NCBI GenBank assembly: GCA_023245355.1
Contig: JAHFKN010000003.1
Coordinates: 121,368 to 185,367 of the forward strand
Reading direction: 5' to 3'
Source of the DNA: Candidatus Gottesmanbacteria bacterium
Lineage (GTDB): Bacteria; Patescibacteriota; Microgenomatia; UBA10105; UBA927
DNA length: 64,000 bases
Shown here: piece after piece, positions 19,480 to 27,394 of the stretch
How the letters are laid out: each line of letters opens with the position of its first letter
How positions within the stretch are numbered: position 1 is the first letter of the stretch
Notes under the pieces: model-generated
Databases searched by the model: none
What the model saw: only the letters and a program-made list of their open reading frames with translations
Told to the model about the DNA's origin: nothing
Made by a program: the position numbers and the translations under genes

Positions 19480-19727
19480 TATAGAAAAATTTGAGTTTGT
19501 TGTATCAGAAGAGATGCGGGCTCCGTTTCAGTTGCGTTCTATGTCCCGGTTTACACCAGGATTTTTCGCAAGAATTGCGGTGGGGAGTGCCACCGAGGGG
19601 TTTCCGCAGATACTTTAATAATCGCTCAATTTGATGCCAATCATTAAGTCCGATTGTCCCGATCCTATCGGGACACCCCTTCCTCGTATCCCAGCTCTTC
19701 GTGAAGGGCTGGGCCACACGCTATTAA
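19480..19727 (-). ncRNA. Candidate glmS ribozyme in glmS 5' leader
   Basis: The minus-strand leader reads AUAGCG-UGUGG-[CCCAGC...GCUGGG hairpin]-AUACGAGGAAGGGGUG-[GUCCCGAU...AUCGGGAC hairpin]...CCCCUCGG. This parallels the B. subtilis core AUA/GCGCC-[P1 hairpin]-UGACGAGGAUGGAGGU-[P2 hairpin]...CCUCCC. It sits directly upstream of glmS. Confidence 0.45.
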
Positions 19728-19868
19728 TTTCTCTGGCAAAGCCAGATCCCGCTTCGCGGGACAATTTCCGCTCTCTGTGTAAATGTGCTCCTTCCTAGTG
19801 CCAATGCTACTCTTGTCAGATTCTTATTGTCAAGAAAGGCCACGTGTGGTAGAACCCATAGATGCAAT

Positions 19869-20513
19869 ATGAAAGAACAACATGAATACATAGCGGTGAT
19901 GGGGACGATGGGGAGCGGTAAAACGACTGCAGCAAACCTGCTTGCCAAAGAGCTGAATTTCACCCTTATAGAAGAAAATGTAAAGGAAAATGCATTTTTG
20001 CCGAGGTTTTATAAAGACATGAGCAGATGGGCATTTCATTCGCAGGTATTTTTCCTGATGGAAAAAATACGGCAGATGATAGAGGCAAAGACACTCTTGG
20101 GAAAAACCTCAGTCGTACAGGATACGCCCATTACGCAGGACGTCTATTCGTATGCCCAAGCACAGCACAAGTTGGGCAATATGGATGACGCCGAGTGGGC
20201 GCTGTACCAGAAAATTTATCATGAATTTACGCCCCATTTTCCTGCTCCTGACCTTATTGTTTTTTTGGATACGTCCATTCCGGTTATAGAGCAGCGGATT
20301 GCATCCCGCGGACGGGGATTCGAGCAGACAATTCCTACGGATTACCTCACGTTACTGGACAGACTGAACCGCAAATGGCTGGAACAAAACACAAACATTC
20401 CGGTTGTTGTCGTGCATACGGACACCCTTGATATCACAAGAAACAGGGATGCACAGGAACAATTTACCTCGATCGTGCGGCACGCACTGCATAGCAAAGG
20501 TAGTGTACACTAA
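19869..20513 (+). CDS. Deoxynucleoside kinase (dAK/dGK/dCK family)
   Basis: IAVMGTMGSGKTTAANLLAKELNFTLIEE and downstream motifs of the dNK family. Start at ATG 19869 (MKEQHEY); the ORF-track start at 19785 is over-extended. Confidence 0.6.
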   Translation: MKEQHEYIAVMGTMGSGKTTAANLLAKELNFTLIEENVKENAFLPRFYKDMSRWAFHSQVFFLMEKIRQMIEAKTLLGKTSVVQDTPITQDVYSYAQAQHKLGNMDDAEWALYQKIYHEFTPHFPAPDLIVFLDTSIPVIEQRIASRGRGFEQTIPTDYLTLLDRLNRKWLEQNTNIPVVVVHTDTLDITRNRDAQEQFTSIVRHALHSKGSVH

Positions 20514-20519
20514 TTAAAT

Positions 20520-21179
20520 ATGATTCATATTCCCGGCATCGCCGTCTGTATATGGGATTTTGACGGCACATTGTACCGGCCGACTCCGGCACTTACGCAG
20601 GCGATTGTCGAGGCAGATTATGAGTTGATTATGCGTCATACCGGCTGGGATAAAGCAAAGACTATCGAAGAATTTCATAAAATATTTAAGATAAAGACCC
20701 CCAGTAGCACCGAAACAGCGGCGATACTGGCCGGTATTTCCGTGCAGGAAGCAGCGATTGAGTGTGAACTCTATAAAGACCGCCGGCCGTTTTTGTCCCG
20801 TGATCAACGACTTATCGATATGTTTAATGCATTAAATGGCTATACCCATTATTTTTTGGTAAATGGTATCCAGGAAAAAGTGCGTGAGTCACTTGCTGTT
20901 TTAGGAGTACCGCCGGACATATTCCGTGAAATAGTGACTGCAGAGCTAGTGGGGGTTAATAAACCACAGCTAGACGGTTTTCGATATATTCTCAAGAAAA
21001 CCGGATTGCCGCCGGAAGCCCATCTGATGATCGGAGACCGTGAGGCGGTGGATTTGGTGCCGGCCAAGTCGGCAGGTATGCGCACATGTCTGGTAAGTTG
21101 GGGCACGACAAAACCGCAGACAGACAGTGTTGACAGCGTTATCGAAGACATATACACTGTACCGGAATTACTTGTATGA
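20520..21179 (+). CDS. HAD-superfamily hydrolase (possible nucleotidase/phosphatase)
   Basis: Motif I WDFDGTLY, motif IV GDREAVD. 219 aa. Confidence 0.55.
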   Translation: MIHIPGIAVCIWDFDGTLYRPTPALTQAIVEADYELIMRHTGWDKAKTIEEFHKIFKIKTPSSTETAAILAGISVQEAAIECELYKDRRPFLSRDQRLIDMFNALNGYTHYFLVNGIQEKVRESLAVLGVPPDIFREIVTAELVGVNKPQLDGFRYILKKTGLPPEAHLMIGDREAVDLVPAKSAGMRTCLVSWGTTKPQTDSVDSVIEDIYTVPELLV

Positions 21180-21388
21180 GCGCCGCAAAATCATCTACTA
21201 CCAAAAAAGAAACGCGTCCTGTCATTACCGGTACAGATAATCCGCATTATCTTGAGATCCGGGCAATTTTAGAAGCAGGCGGATCACTGCCAAAATCACT
21301 GTACAACGAAGACTGTGTCGGTCCGCGCGGCGCCCGCCCGCCCAGGGTAAACAGAGCGAGCTTTTCCGTATATCAGAAACCGCAATAG
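21176..21388 (+). CDS. Possible small protein (70 aa), translationally coupled
   Basis: ATGA overlap with the HAD gene stop. No recognisable domain. Low confidence that it is real. Confidence 0.25.
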   Translation: MSAAKSSTTKKETRPVITGTDNPHYLEIRAILEAGGSLPKSLYNEDCVGPRGARPPRVNRASFSVYQKPQ

Positions 21389-21465
21389 CTTTAACACCGC
21401 TTCCCGGGAACCCTTTTTCCACGATTTGGCTTTGACATTTCACGGTGAATGTCTACTATAGACAT

Positions 21466-22575
21466 ATGAAGATATACTTTACTGCGGCAACGACCAATAA
21501 CGGCGATTATCTTTCCCAGGAAACGGCAATTATTAACGAACTGAAGCGTTTGGGCCACAGTCTCACATCAGGTGAACAGATACTGGATCACAAGGAGCTC
21601 GCTAAAGATGCTGCCAAATCCGCAGAGGAAATTTTTTACCGTGAAAAACAGGCAATTGAAGAAGCCGACTGTGTCGTGGCTGAAGTGACGAAACCCAGTA
21701 GCGGCGTCGGCGGCGAATTGGTATACGCGCTCACGCACCATAAACCGGTGTTAGCGCTTTTTTATAAGGATGCGCCCAACGAACTGTCTGCCATGATTTC
21801 CGGCAACCCCTCCGACCATTTATTCCTGGAACATTATGATGAAGACAGCATGCCGATACTGCTCAAGCATTTTCTGGAGCAGGTAGATGTGGAAAAAAAT
21901 CGCCGGGGGAAACTTATTGTGATAGACGGCGGCGACGGAAGCGGCAAAACAACGCAGGCAGAACTGCTCATGGAATATTTCAAGAAACATAATGTGGCGG
22001 TAAAAGGATTCGATTTTCCCAGATACTACAGTTCATTCCACGGGAAAATGGCGGGAAGATTCCTGGCAGGCGAGTTCGGCAGCGACGTGTCCCCGTATCT
22101 AGCTTCGCTTGCGTACGCGCTGGACCGCGCATCTGCAAAAGAAGAAATGGATGCGTGGCTCTCTCATGGCGGCGTCATCGTGAGTAACCGGTATGCAACA
22201 AGCAACATGGCACACCAGGGGGCGAGACTCCCGGAGGACATGCGCCCGGAATTTCTGGAATGGATTGACGAACTGGAATACAAGGTCCATAAAATTCCGC
22301 GTGAAGATATCGTGGTGTATCTTCACGTTCCGTGGGAAATCGGGATGGAACTTACCAAAAAGAAAGGCGAGCGCGCGTATTTGGGCAGCGGAAAAGATAT
22401 TCTTGAGGCGGACGAAAAGCACCGCAGGGAATCAGAGATGATGTATCTGTCGCTTGCTAAGCAGCGGAAAAATTGGGTGGCGGTCGAGTGTACGGAAAAC
22501 GGCGTGATTCTTTCCAAAGACGCAATCCATGAGAAAATTCTGGCTGTTCTCCGGGAGAAAAAACTCATTCCATGA
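21466..22575 (+). CDS. tmk: Fusion: nucleoside 2-deoxyribosyltransferase-like domain + thymidylate (dTMP) kinase
   Basis: The N-terminal ~150 aa (MKIYFTAA...ADCVVAEVTKPSSGVGGELVYAL) resemble the NDT/PF05014 fold. The C-terminus has IVIDGGDGSGKTTQAELL (Tmk P-loop, cf. IVIEGIDGAGKTT). ATG at 21466 is preceded by TTGACA-16-TACTAT. Confidence 0.6.
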   Translation: MKIYFTAATTNNGDYLSQETAIINELKRLGHSLTSGEQILDHKELAKDAAKSAEEIFYREKQAIEEADCVVAEVTKPSSGVGGELVYALTHHKPVLALFYKDAPNELSAMISGNPSDHLFLEHYDEDSMPILLKHFLEQVDVEKNRRGKLIVIDGGDGSGKTTQAELLMEYFKKHNVAVKGFDFPRYYSSFHGKMAGRFLAGEFGSDVSPYLASLAYALDRASAKEEMDAWLSHGGVIVSNRYATSNMAHQGARLPEDMRPEFLEWIDELEYKVHKIPREDIVVYLHVPWEIGMELTKKKGERAYLGSGKDILEADEKHRRESEMMYLSLAKQRKNWVAVECTENGVILSKDAIHEKILAVLREKKLIP

Positions 22576-23156
22576 CGACGCTTTACCTGGTCCGGCACGG
22601 GGAATACGAGAACCCCGAATATGTCTTTCCGACAAGCACGAGCGGCTTCCCCTTATCGGAGAAAGGGCGGAACCAGGTTGAGGCGCTGATACCGTATTTT
22701 ACGGACAAAGCCGTCGTTTCCGTCTATTCCAGTCCAGTCCTCCGTGCCCGGCAAACGGCAGACGTTTTAGCAAACGCGCTGAAGCTTAAGGTTGTGCTCG
22801 ATGACCGTCTCATGGAGGTAAAAACCACCCTGGAGGGCGTGTCGATGAAGCTGTTCGACGATACAAAGGGCGAATTGTCCTATTTGCCGCAATATACGGC
22901 AAAAGGCGCGGAAACCATGGAAGCTCTTTCGGACAGGGTCTGGAGTGCTCTGGAGGACTTCCGCGCACGCCATGAAGGGAAAGAAGTCATCGTGGTTAGC
23001 CATGGCGATCCGATCCGGTTTAGCCTCATGAAGTACCTCGGGATGCCCATGGATTTTGCGATGAGCCGTAAGATCCAAACCCCGCTTGCAGGAGGCTACA
23101 GGCTGGTTTTTGGAGAGGGAAGTACGCCTGAAGTATATCCTATAGTTGCTTCTTGA
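22572..23156 (+). CDS. Histidine phosphatase (phosphoglycerate mutase-like) family protein
   Basis: LYLVRHGE RHG motif, conserved R and H later (SHG). ATGA overlap with the upstream gene. Confidence 0.6.
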   Translation: MTTLYLVRHGEYENPEYVFPTSTSGFPLSEKGRNQVEALIPYFTDKAVVSVYSSPVLRARQTADVLANALKLKVVLDDRLMEVKTTLEGVSMKLFDDTKGELSYLPQYTAKGAETMEALSDRVWSALEDFRARHEGKEVIVVSHGDPIRFSLMKYLGMPMDFAMSRKIQTPLAGGYRLVFGEGSTPEVYPIVAS

Positions 23157-23187
23157 CAAGGAGGTTCCCGGGTGATATAAATAGTAA

Positions 23188-23217
23188 AAGCGCTCGAAAG
23201 CTTTTTGAGCGTTTTTT
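23188..23217 (+). terminator. Rho-independent terminator candidate
   Basis: GCGCUCGAAAGCUUUUUGAGCG hairpin followed by UUUUUU, downstream of 22572-23156. Confidence 0.4.
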
Positions 23218-23358
23218 AGTTTAACATAGGTTTTTTCTCAAGTAACGAAGCCCGTCCGGCGAAGCCGGATTAGCTAGATCCGATAGTAAAAATCGGTGTC
23301 AGGGGTTCACCAAACGAAAAAACAGGTTGCCGGTATTTATAGTTTTTTCTATTTGGTA

Positions 23359-23390
23359 AGACCCTCTGACAAGGGTCTTTTTTGTTTTTT
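23359..23390 (+). terminator. Rho-independent terminator (strong)
   Basis: AGACCCUC-UGAC-AAGGGUCU perfect 8-bp stem followed by UUUUUUGUUUUUU. Confidence 0.6.
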
Positions 23391-23396
23391 ATAACT

Positions 23397-24188
23397 ATGA
23401 ATACCGAACGTCCGACTATTACCGTTGTCACCAAAAACGGCGGATATCAGAAAGACCGCATCTACAAAGCCGCTCTCCCGGAGTGGGATATAGACCGGAA
23501 AGATCCGGAATTCAGCGAATGGAGAATCAAACAGAACGCCCCGCATACCGAGGAACGTCCCGTGTATATCGCAGAGGGAAAAGCACGTGAAGATGCAGCC
23601 TGGGTCAGCGCAGTTTGCGGACTTTCCGAAGCGATGATTGATCAGGCTCAAAAGATTAAATCAGAACGCGGACATATGTATCTGTATACCGATTCCGTGC
23701 AGTTTGTGCACCAGCCTGACGGATCGCTGACTATTCATGAAAAACCGCAGGGTGACCCGGTGGTATGGGCAACCACTGCCCCCGAAGCGATTGACCAGTC
23801 AGGAAAAACCATAGAAATCGTGAGTGCCATTACAGCCGTCCGGTGCGATAAACACGGTGTATCAGAGCCGCAGACGGTACTGGTACGTGCCAAAGCAACG
23901 ATGCGTCCGTTTACGCGAGCGGAGCTTATCGAATACGCCAAAGGAAGCGGCAACAAAACGATTCCCGATACCGGAGGCGGTATATCGCTGGCAAACGGCG
24001 GCCGTCAGTTTTTTGACACCAGTAAGCCCCTTACCATATCCGTCCAGGACGGATTGGATAAGGAACCGCAGGAAATGCTGCGCTATGAAACATGGGCACA
24101 TATTCCTGACGTAGCGCTCCGTCCGTTTATCTGCGGTGCATTTGAGCCTGCGGTTATGCGGTTAGCGGAAAAGACGAAGACGCACTAA
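23397..24188 (+). CDS. Hypothetical protein
   Basis: 263 aa from ATG 23397 (MNTERPT...). The ORF-track TTG start at 23382 lies inside the terminator T-tract. No recognised domain. Confidence 0.45.
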   Translation: MNTERPTITVVTKNGGYQKDRIYKAALPEWDIDRKDPEFSEWRIKQNAPHTEERPVYIAEGKAREDAAWVSAVCGLSEAMIDQAQKIKSERGHMYLYTDSVQFVHQPDGSLTIHEKPQGDPVVWATTAPEAIDQSGKTIEIVSAITAVRCDKHGVSEPQTVLVRAKATMRPFTRAELIEYAKGSGNKTIPDTGGGISLANGGRQFFDTSKPLTISVQDGLDKEPQEMLRYETWAHIPDVALRPFICGAFEPAVMRLAEKTKTH

Positions 24189-24204
24189 GTGATATAATTC
24201 CCCT

Positions 24205-25509
24205 ATGGACCACGAAATTTCCCGGCTTATCGCGTCTGAAGCCAAGCGTCAGCAGGATGTACTGGAAATGATCCCGTCAGAAAACTACGCGTCTTTGGCC
24301 GTACGCGAAGCATTGGGGTCAGTATTAACCAACAAATATTCCGAGGGGTATCCGCATAAGCGGTATTATCAGGGCAACCGTTTCGTTGATGAAATAGAAG
24401 ATATCGCCATAAACCGCGCCAAAAAATTGTTTATGGTCCCTCATGTGAACGTACAGCCGTATTCGGGATCTCCGGCAAATGCTGCCGTATTTTTTGCGCT
24501 GCTTCAACCCAAAGATGCCATTATGGGCCTGAAGCTTTCGGCAGGAGGACACCTCACCCACGGACATCCGGATATCACGTTTTCGGGTAAATATTTTGCA
24601 TCGAGCCAGTATGATGTGGAAGAAGACGGGATGATTAACCTTGAAAAAGTAGCGGTAATGGCAAGAACGGTGAAGCCGCGTATGATCGTCGTCGGGACGA
24701 CAGCGTATCCCAGGGTTTATGACTGGAGGGCATGGCGGCAGATCGCTGATGACGTAGGTGCGTACCTGCTTGCGGATATTTCACATATTGCAGGGCTCGT
24801 CGTCGGGGGCGTTCATCCGTCTCCGGTGCCGTTTGCTGATGTCGTGATGACGACCACTCACAAGTCCCTCCGGGGGCCGCGGGGCGCTATGCTTATGGTT
24901 ACCGATACCGGGTTAACAAAAGACCCCGGAATGGCCGAAAAAATCGATAAGGCCGTGTTTCCGGGTCTCCAGGGAGGCCCGCATGACAATGTAACTGCCG
25001 CGATAGCAGTGGCGCTTGAAGAGGCAAGTCAGCCCTCGTTTACCACATACGCGCATCAGGTAGTAAAAAACGCATCCGTGCTTGCCGAAACGCTGTTAAA
25101 CAAGGGAATCGCCCTTACGACCGGGGGAACGGATAACCACCTTATGGTAATCGATCTCCGTCCGCAGAAAGTGATCGGCAATATCGTCGCCGAAGCACTG
25201 GAAGTTGCCGGCATTGTCGTAAACAAAAATAGCGTGCCCCACGATTCGAATCCGCCGTTTTATCCTTCCGGCGTGCGCCTGGGGACACCCGCCATTACGA
25301 CCCGGGGAATGAAAGAAGAGGAGATGAAAAAGATCGGGAGCTGGATAGCAACCGTCATTTCTGAAGTAAGTCATTATCGTTTACCGGACACAAAAGAAGG
25401 AAGACTGGGATTTCTTTCCGGCGTAAAGAAAGAATTGCAGGTAAATAACACATTGCTGAATATAAAAGATGAGGTAGGTGTGCTGTGCAAAAATTTTCTG
25501 GTACCATAA
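24205..25509 (+). CDS. glyA: Serine hydroxymethyltransferase
   Basis: Full-length SHMT, 434 aa, with VTTTTHKSLRGPRGA (PLP-Lys region) and the typical N-terminus. Confidence 0.9.
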   Translation: MDHEISRLIASEAKRQQDVLEMIPSENYASLAVREALGSVLTNKYSEGYPHKRYYQGNRFVDEIEDIAINRAKKLFMVPHVNVQPYSGSPANAAVFFALLQPKDAIMGLKLSAGGHLTHGHPDITFSGKYFASSQYDVEEDGMINLEKVAVMARTVKPRMIVVGTTAYPRVYDWRAWRQIADDVGAYLLADISHIAGLVVGGVHPSPVPFADVVMTTTHKSLRGPRGAMLMVTDTGLTKDPGMAEKIDKAVFPGLQGGPHDNVTAAIAVALEEASQPSFTTYAHQVVKNASVLAETLLNKGIALTTGGTDNHLMVIDLRPQKVIGNIVAEALEVAGIVVNKNSVPHDSNPPFYPSGVRLGTPAITTRGMKEEEMKKIGSWIATVISEVSHYRLPDTKEGRLGFLSGVKKELQVNNTLLNIKDEVGVLCKNFLVP

Positions 25510-25513
25510 ATAT

Positions 25514-25885
25514 ATGAATGAATTTGAAGGCCCGCAGCCATTTAAAACAATGGTGAGTTTAAAAGGTCTTATCAGGACATTTATTGAACGGAGCGGAAAT
25601 CGTGTAACCGTCTTAGTGCCTGAAGATCCTGAGTTTCCTGATGCAAGCCGAAAAGCTGTCGTAGAAGGTGAGGTAGATGAGGGAAGATTTATTATTCACA
25701 GTCTCCGTACGAAATCGATGCAGGAAAACCACGGGTATGCCCGCGCTTTACTCGAAGCGATAAAAGGGGGAATGGATGTAGATGAAGTTGTCGCATTGAG
25801 TCCATCTCCTGAATCAGAAGAAAAAGGTATTTATGACAAAGCCGGATTCAAAAGAGAAGGAAGAAACCGGGTTTGGAGGCGCTAG
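25514..25885 (+). CDS. Hypothetical small protein
   Basis: 123 aa from ATG 25514 (MNEFEGPQPF...), followed by a terminator hairpin at 25999-26023. Confidence 0.35.
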   Translation: MNEFEGPQPFKTMVSLKGLIRTFIERSGNRVTVLVPEDPEFPDASRKAVVEGEVDEGRFIIHSLRTKSMQENHGYARALLEAIKGGMDVDEVVALSPSPESEEKGIYDKAGFKREGRNRVWRR

Positions 25886-25998
25886 AGGGGGTTGTATAAG
25901 TTTGGGGTTTATTGTATACTATCTTTATCACGCACATCCGAAGATGTATCTCTCCCTTTAAGGGCATCGGATGGAAGGTCAAGAGATACGCGATGTAA

Positions 25999-26024
25999 AC
26001 ACGCGCGTATCGCGTGTTTTTTTA
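25999..26024 (+). terminator. Rho-independent terminator
   Basis: ACACGCG-CGUAU-CGCGUGU hairpin plus UUUUUUU. Confidence 0.5.
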
Positions 26025-26033
26025 TAAACTATT

Positions 26034-26864
26034 ATGCAAGACATAACACTGGAGCAATTATTGGAGGCGGGGTGTCATTTCGGTCACAAAGCGGAGCGTT
26101 GGCATCCGAAAGCTGCAGAATTCATCTGGCAGGAAAAAGACGGTATTCATATCATTGATTTGGCCAAAACTAAAGCAGGATTAGATGCCGCATTGGCATT
26201 CATTTCCGAGCTTGCAGGCAACGGCAGCACCGTGCTGTTTGTCGGTACCAAGCGTCAGGCACGCGGAGTCGTCCGTGAAGCAGCGATAAAAGCAGGGGCT
26301 TCGTATCTTACCCAGCGCTGGATCGGCGGATTCATGACAAATTGGGAAGGTGTGCACAAAAATATCCAGAAAATAAACAAAATGATGGTTGATCAGGCCA
26401 GCGGAGCATGGAAAAAGTTTCCTAAACATGAACAGACCAAAATGGGCCGTTACTTAAGCCGTCTGAACGTGGATTACGAGGGAGTATTGATGCTTAACGA
26501 GTTGCCGAAAGCAATCGTTGTCGTCGACGTCCGGAAAGAACAGTCAGCAGTCCGGGAAGCGCAGCGCCTGAATATTCCCGTCATCGGTATCGTTGACACT
26601 AACGCAAATCCTTCGGATATCACATACGTGATTCCGGCAAATGACGACGCAGTAGGATCAGTCCAGCTGATCATTTCAGCAATTGCCGAAGCGTACCGCG
26701 AGGGTCATGAAAAGTTGGAAAAAGAAACCGCGAAAGCCGCCAAAGCGGAAGAAGCGAAAAAAGCCGCGCAGGAGAAAAAGGAACCGGCCAAAGAAGAACA
26801 GAAACCGGAAGTTGCAGCACAAGAAAAACCGGTAAAAAAGGAAGCTGCAAAGAAGACGGAGTAA
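26034..26864 (+). CDS. rpsB: 30S ribosomal protein S2
   Basis: Canonical S2 (GCHFGHK, VLFVGTKRQA), with a K/E/A-rich C-terminal tail. Confidence 0.9.
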   Translation: MQDITLEQLLEAGCHFGHKAERWHPKAAEFIWQEKDGIHIIDLAKTKAGLDAALAFISELAGNGSTVLFVGTKRQARGVVREAAIKAGASYLTQRWIGGFMTNWEGVHKNIQKINKMMVDQASGAWKKFPKHEQTKMGRYLSRLNVDYEGVLMLNELPKAIVVVDVRKEQSAVREAQRLNIPVIGIVDTNANPSDITYVIPANDDAVGSVQLIISAIAEAYREGHEKLEKETAKAAKAEEAKKAAQEKKEPAKEEQKPEVAAQEKPVKKEAAKKTE

Positions 26865-26869
26865 CATAC

Positions 26870-27328
26870 ATGAAAATTTCTATCGACGATCTCAAAAAGC
26901 TTCGGGAAGAAACGTCCGCCGGTGTGGCTGATTGCCGCCAGGCATTGGAAGACGCGGCCGGAAACTACGACAAGGCAAAAAAGTTACTGACCGAACGCGG
27001 ACTTGAGAAAGCAGCCAAAAAAGAAGGCAAAGAAACATCTCAGGGAGTTGTTGCCTCCTACGTGCACGCGACCGGCAGGGTCGGCGTATTAGTCGAGCTC
27101 CGTTGTGAAACGGATTTTGTCGCGCGGACCGATGAGTTCAAACATCTTGCTCACGAATTGACGCTGCAGATTGCAGCAATGAATCCTAAAGATGTGAAAG
27201 CGTTACTTGCCAGCGCCTATATCCGGGATGCAAGTCAAAGCATGGAGCAGCTGGTGAAAATTACGATTGCCAAAGTCGGCGAAAATATTACCGTTGCCAG
27301 ATTCACGCGCATGCAGTTGGGAGAGTAA
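26870..27328 (+). CDS. tsf: Elongation factor Ts (short form, 152 aa)
   Basis: N-terminal UBA-like IDDLKKLREETSAGVADCRQALE and core TDFVAR motif. It ends after a single core subdomain. Confidence 0.75.
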   Translation: MKISIDDLKKLREETSAGVADCRQALEDAAGNYDKAKKLLTERGLEKAAKKEGKETSQGVVASYVHATGRVGVLVELRCETDFVARTDEFKHLAHELTLQIAAMNPKDVKALLASAYIRDASQSMEQLVKITIAKVGENITVARFTRMQLGE

Positions 27329-27354
27329 CGCACCCGGCATGCCATTTGATTGTC

Positions 27355-27384
27355 TTGACGAAACGCGTTTGCTTCACGTAATAT
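27355..27384 (+). promoter_or_regulatory. Sigma70-like promoter candidate for frr
   Basis: TTGACG (27355-27360), 18-nt spacer, TAATAT (27379-27384); ATG at 27395. Confidence 0.35.
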
Positions 27385-27394
27385 ACATAGTCAG

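Noticed and set aside
25240-25262. tRNA T-loop-like sequence GATTCGAATCC
   Set aside because: It lies inside the glyA coding frame (SNPPFYPS) with no acceptor or anticodon stems around it. No tRNA-like cloverleaf was found anywhere in the window.
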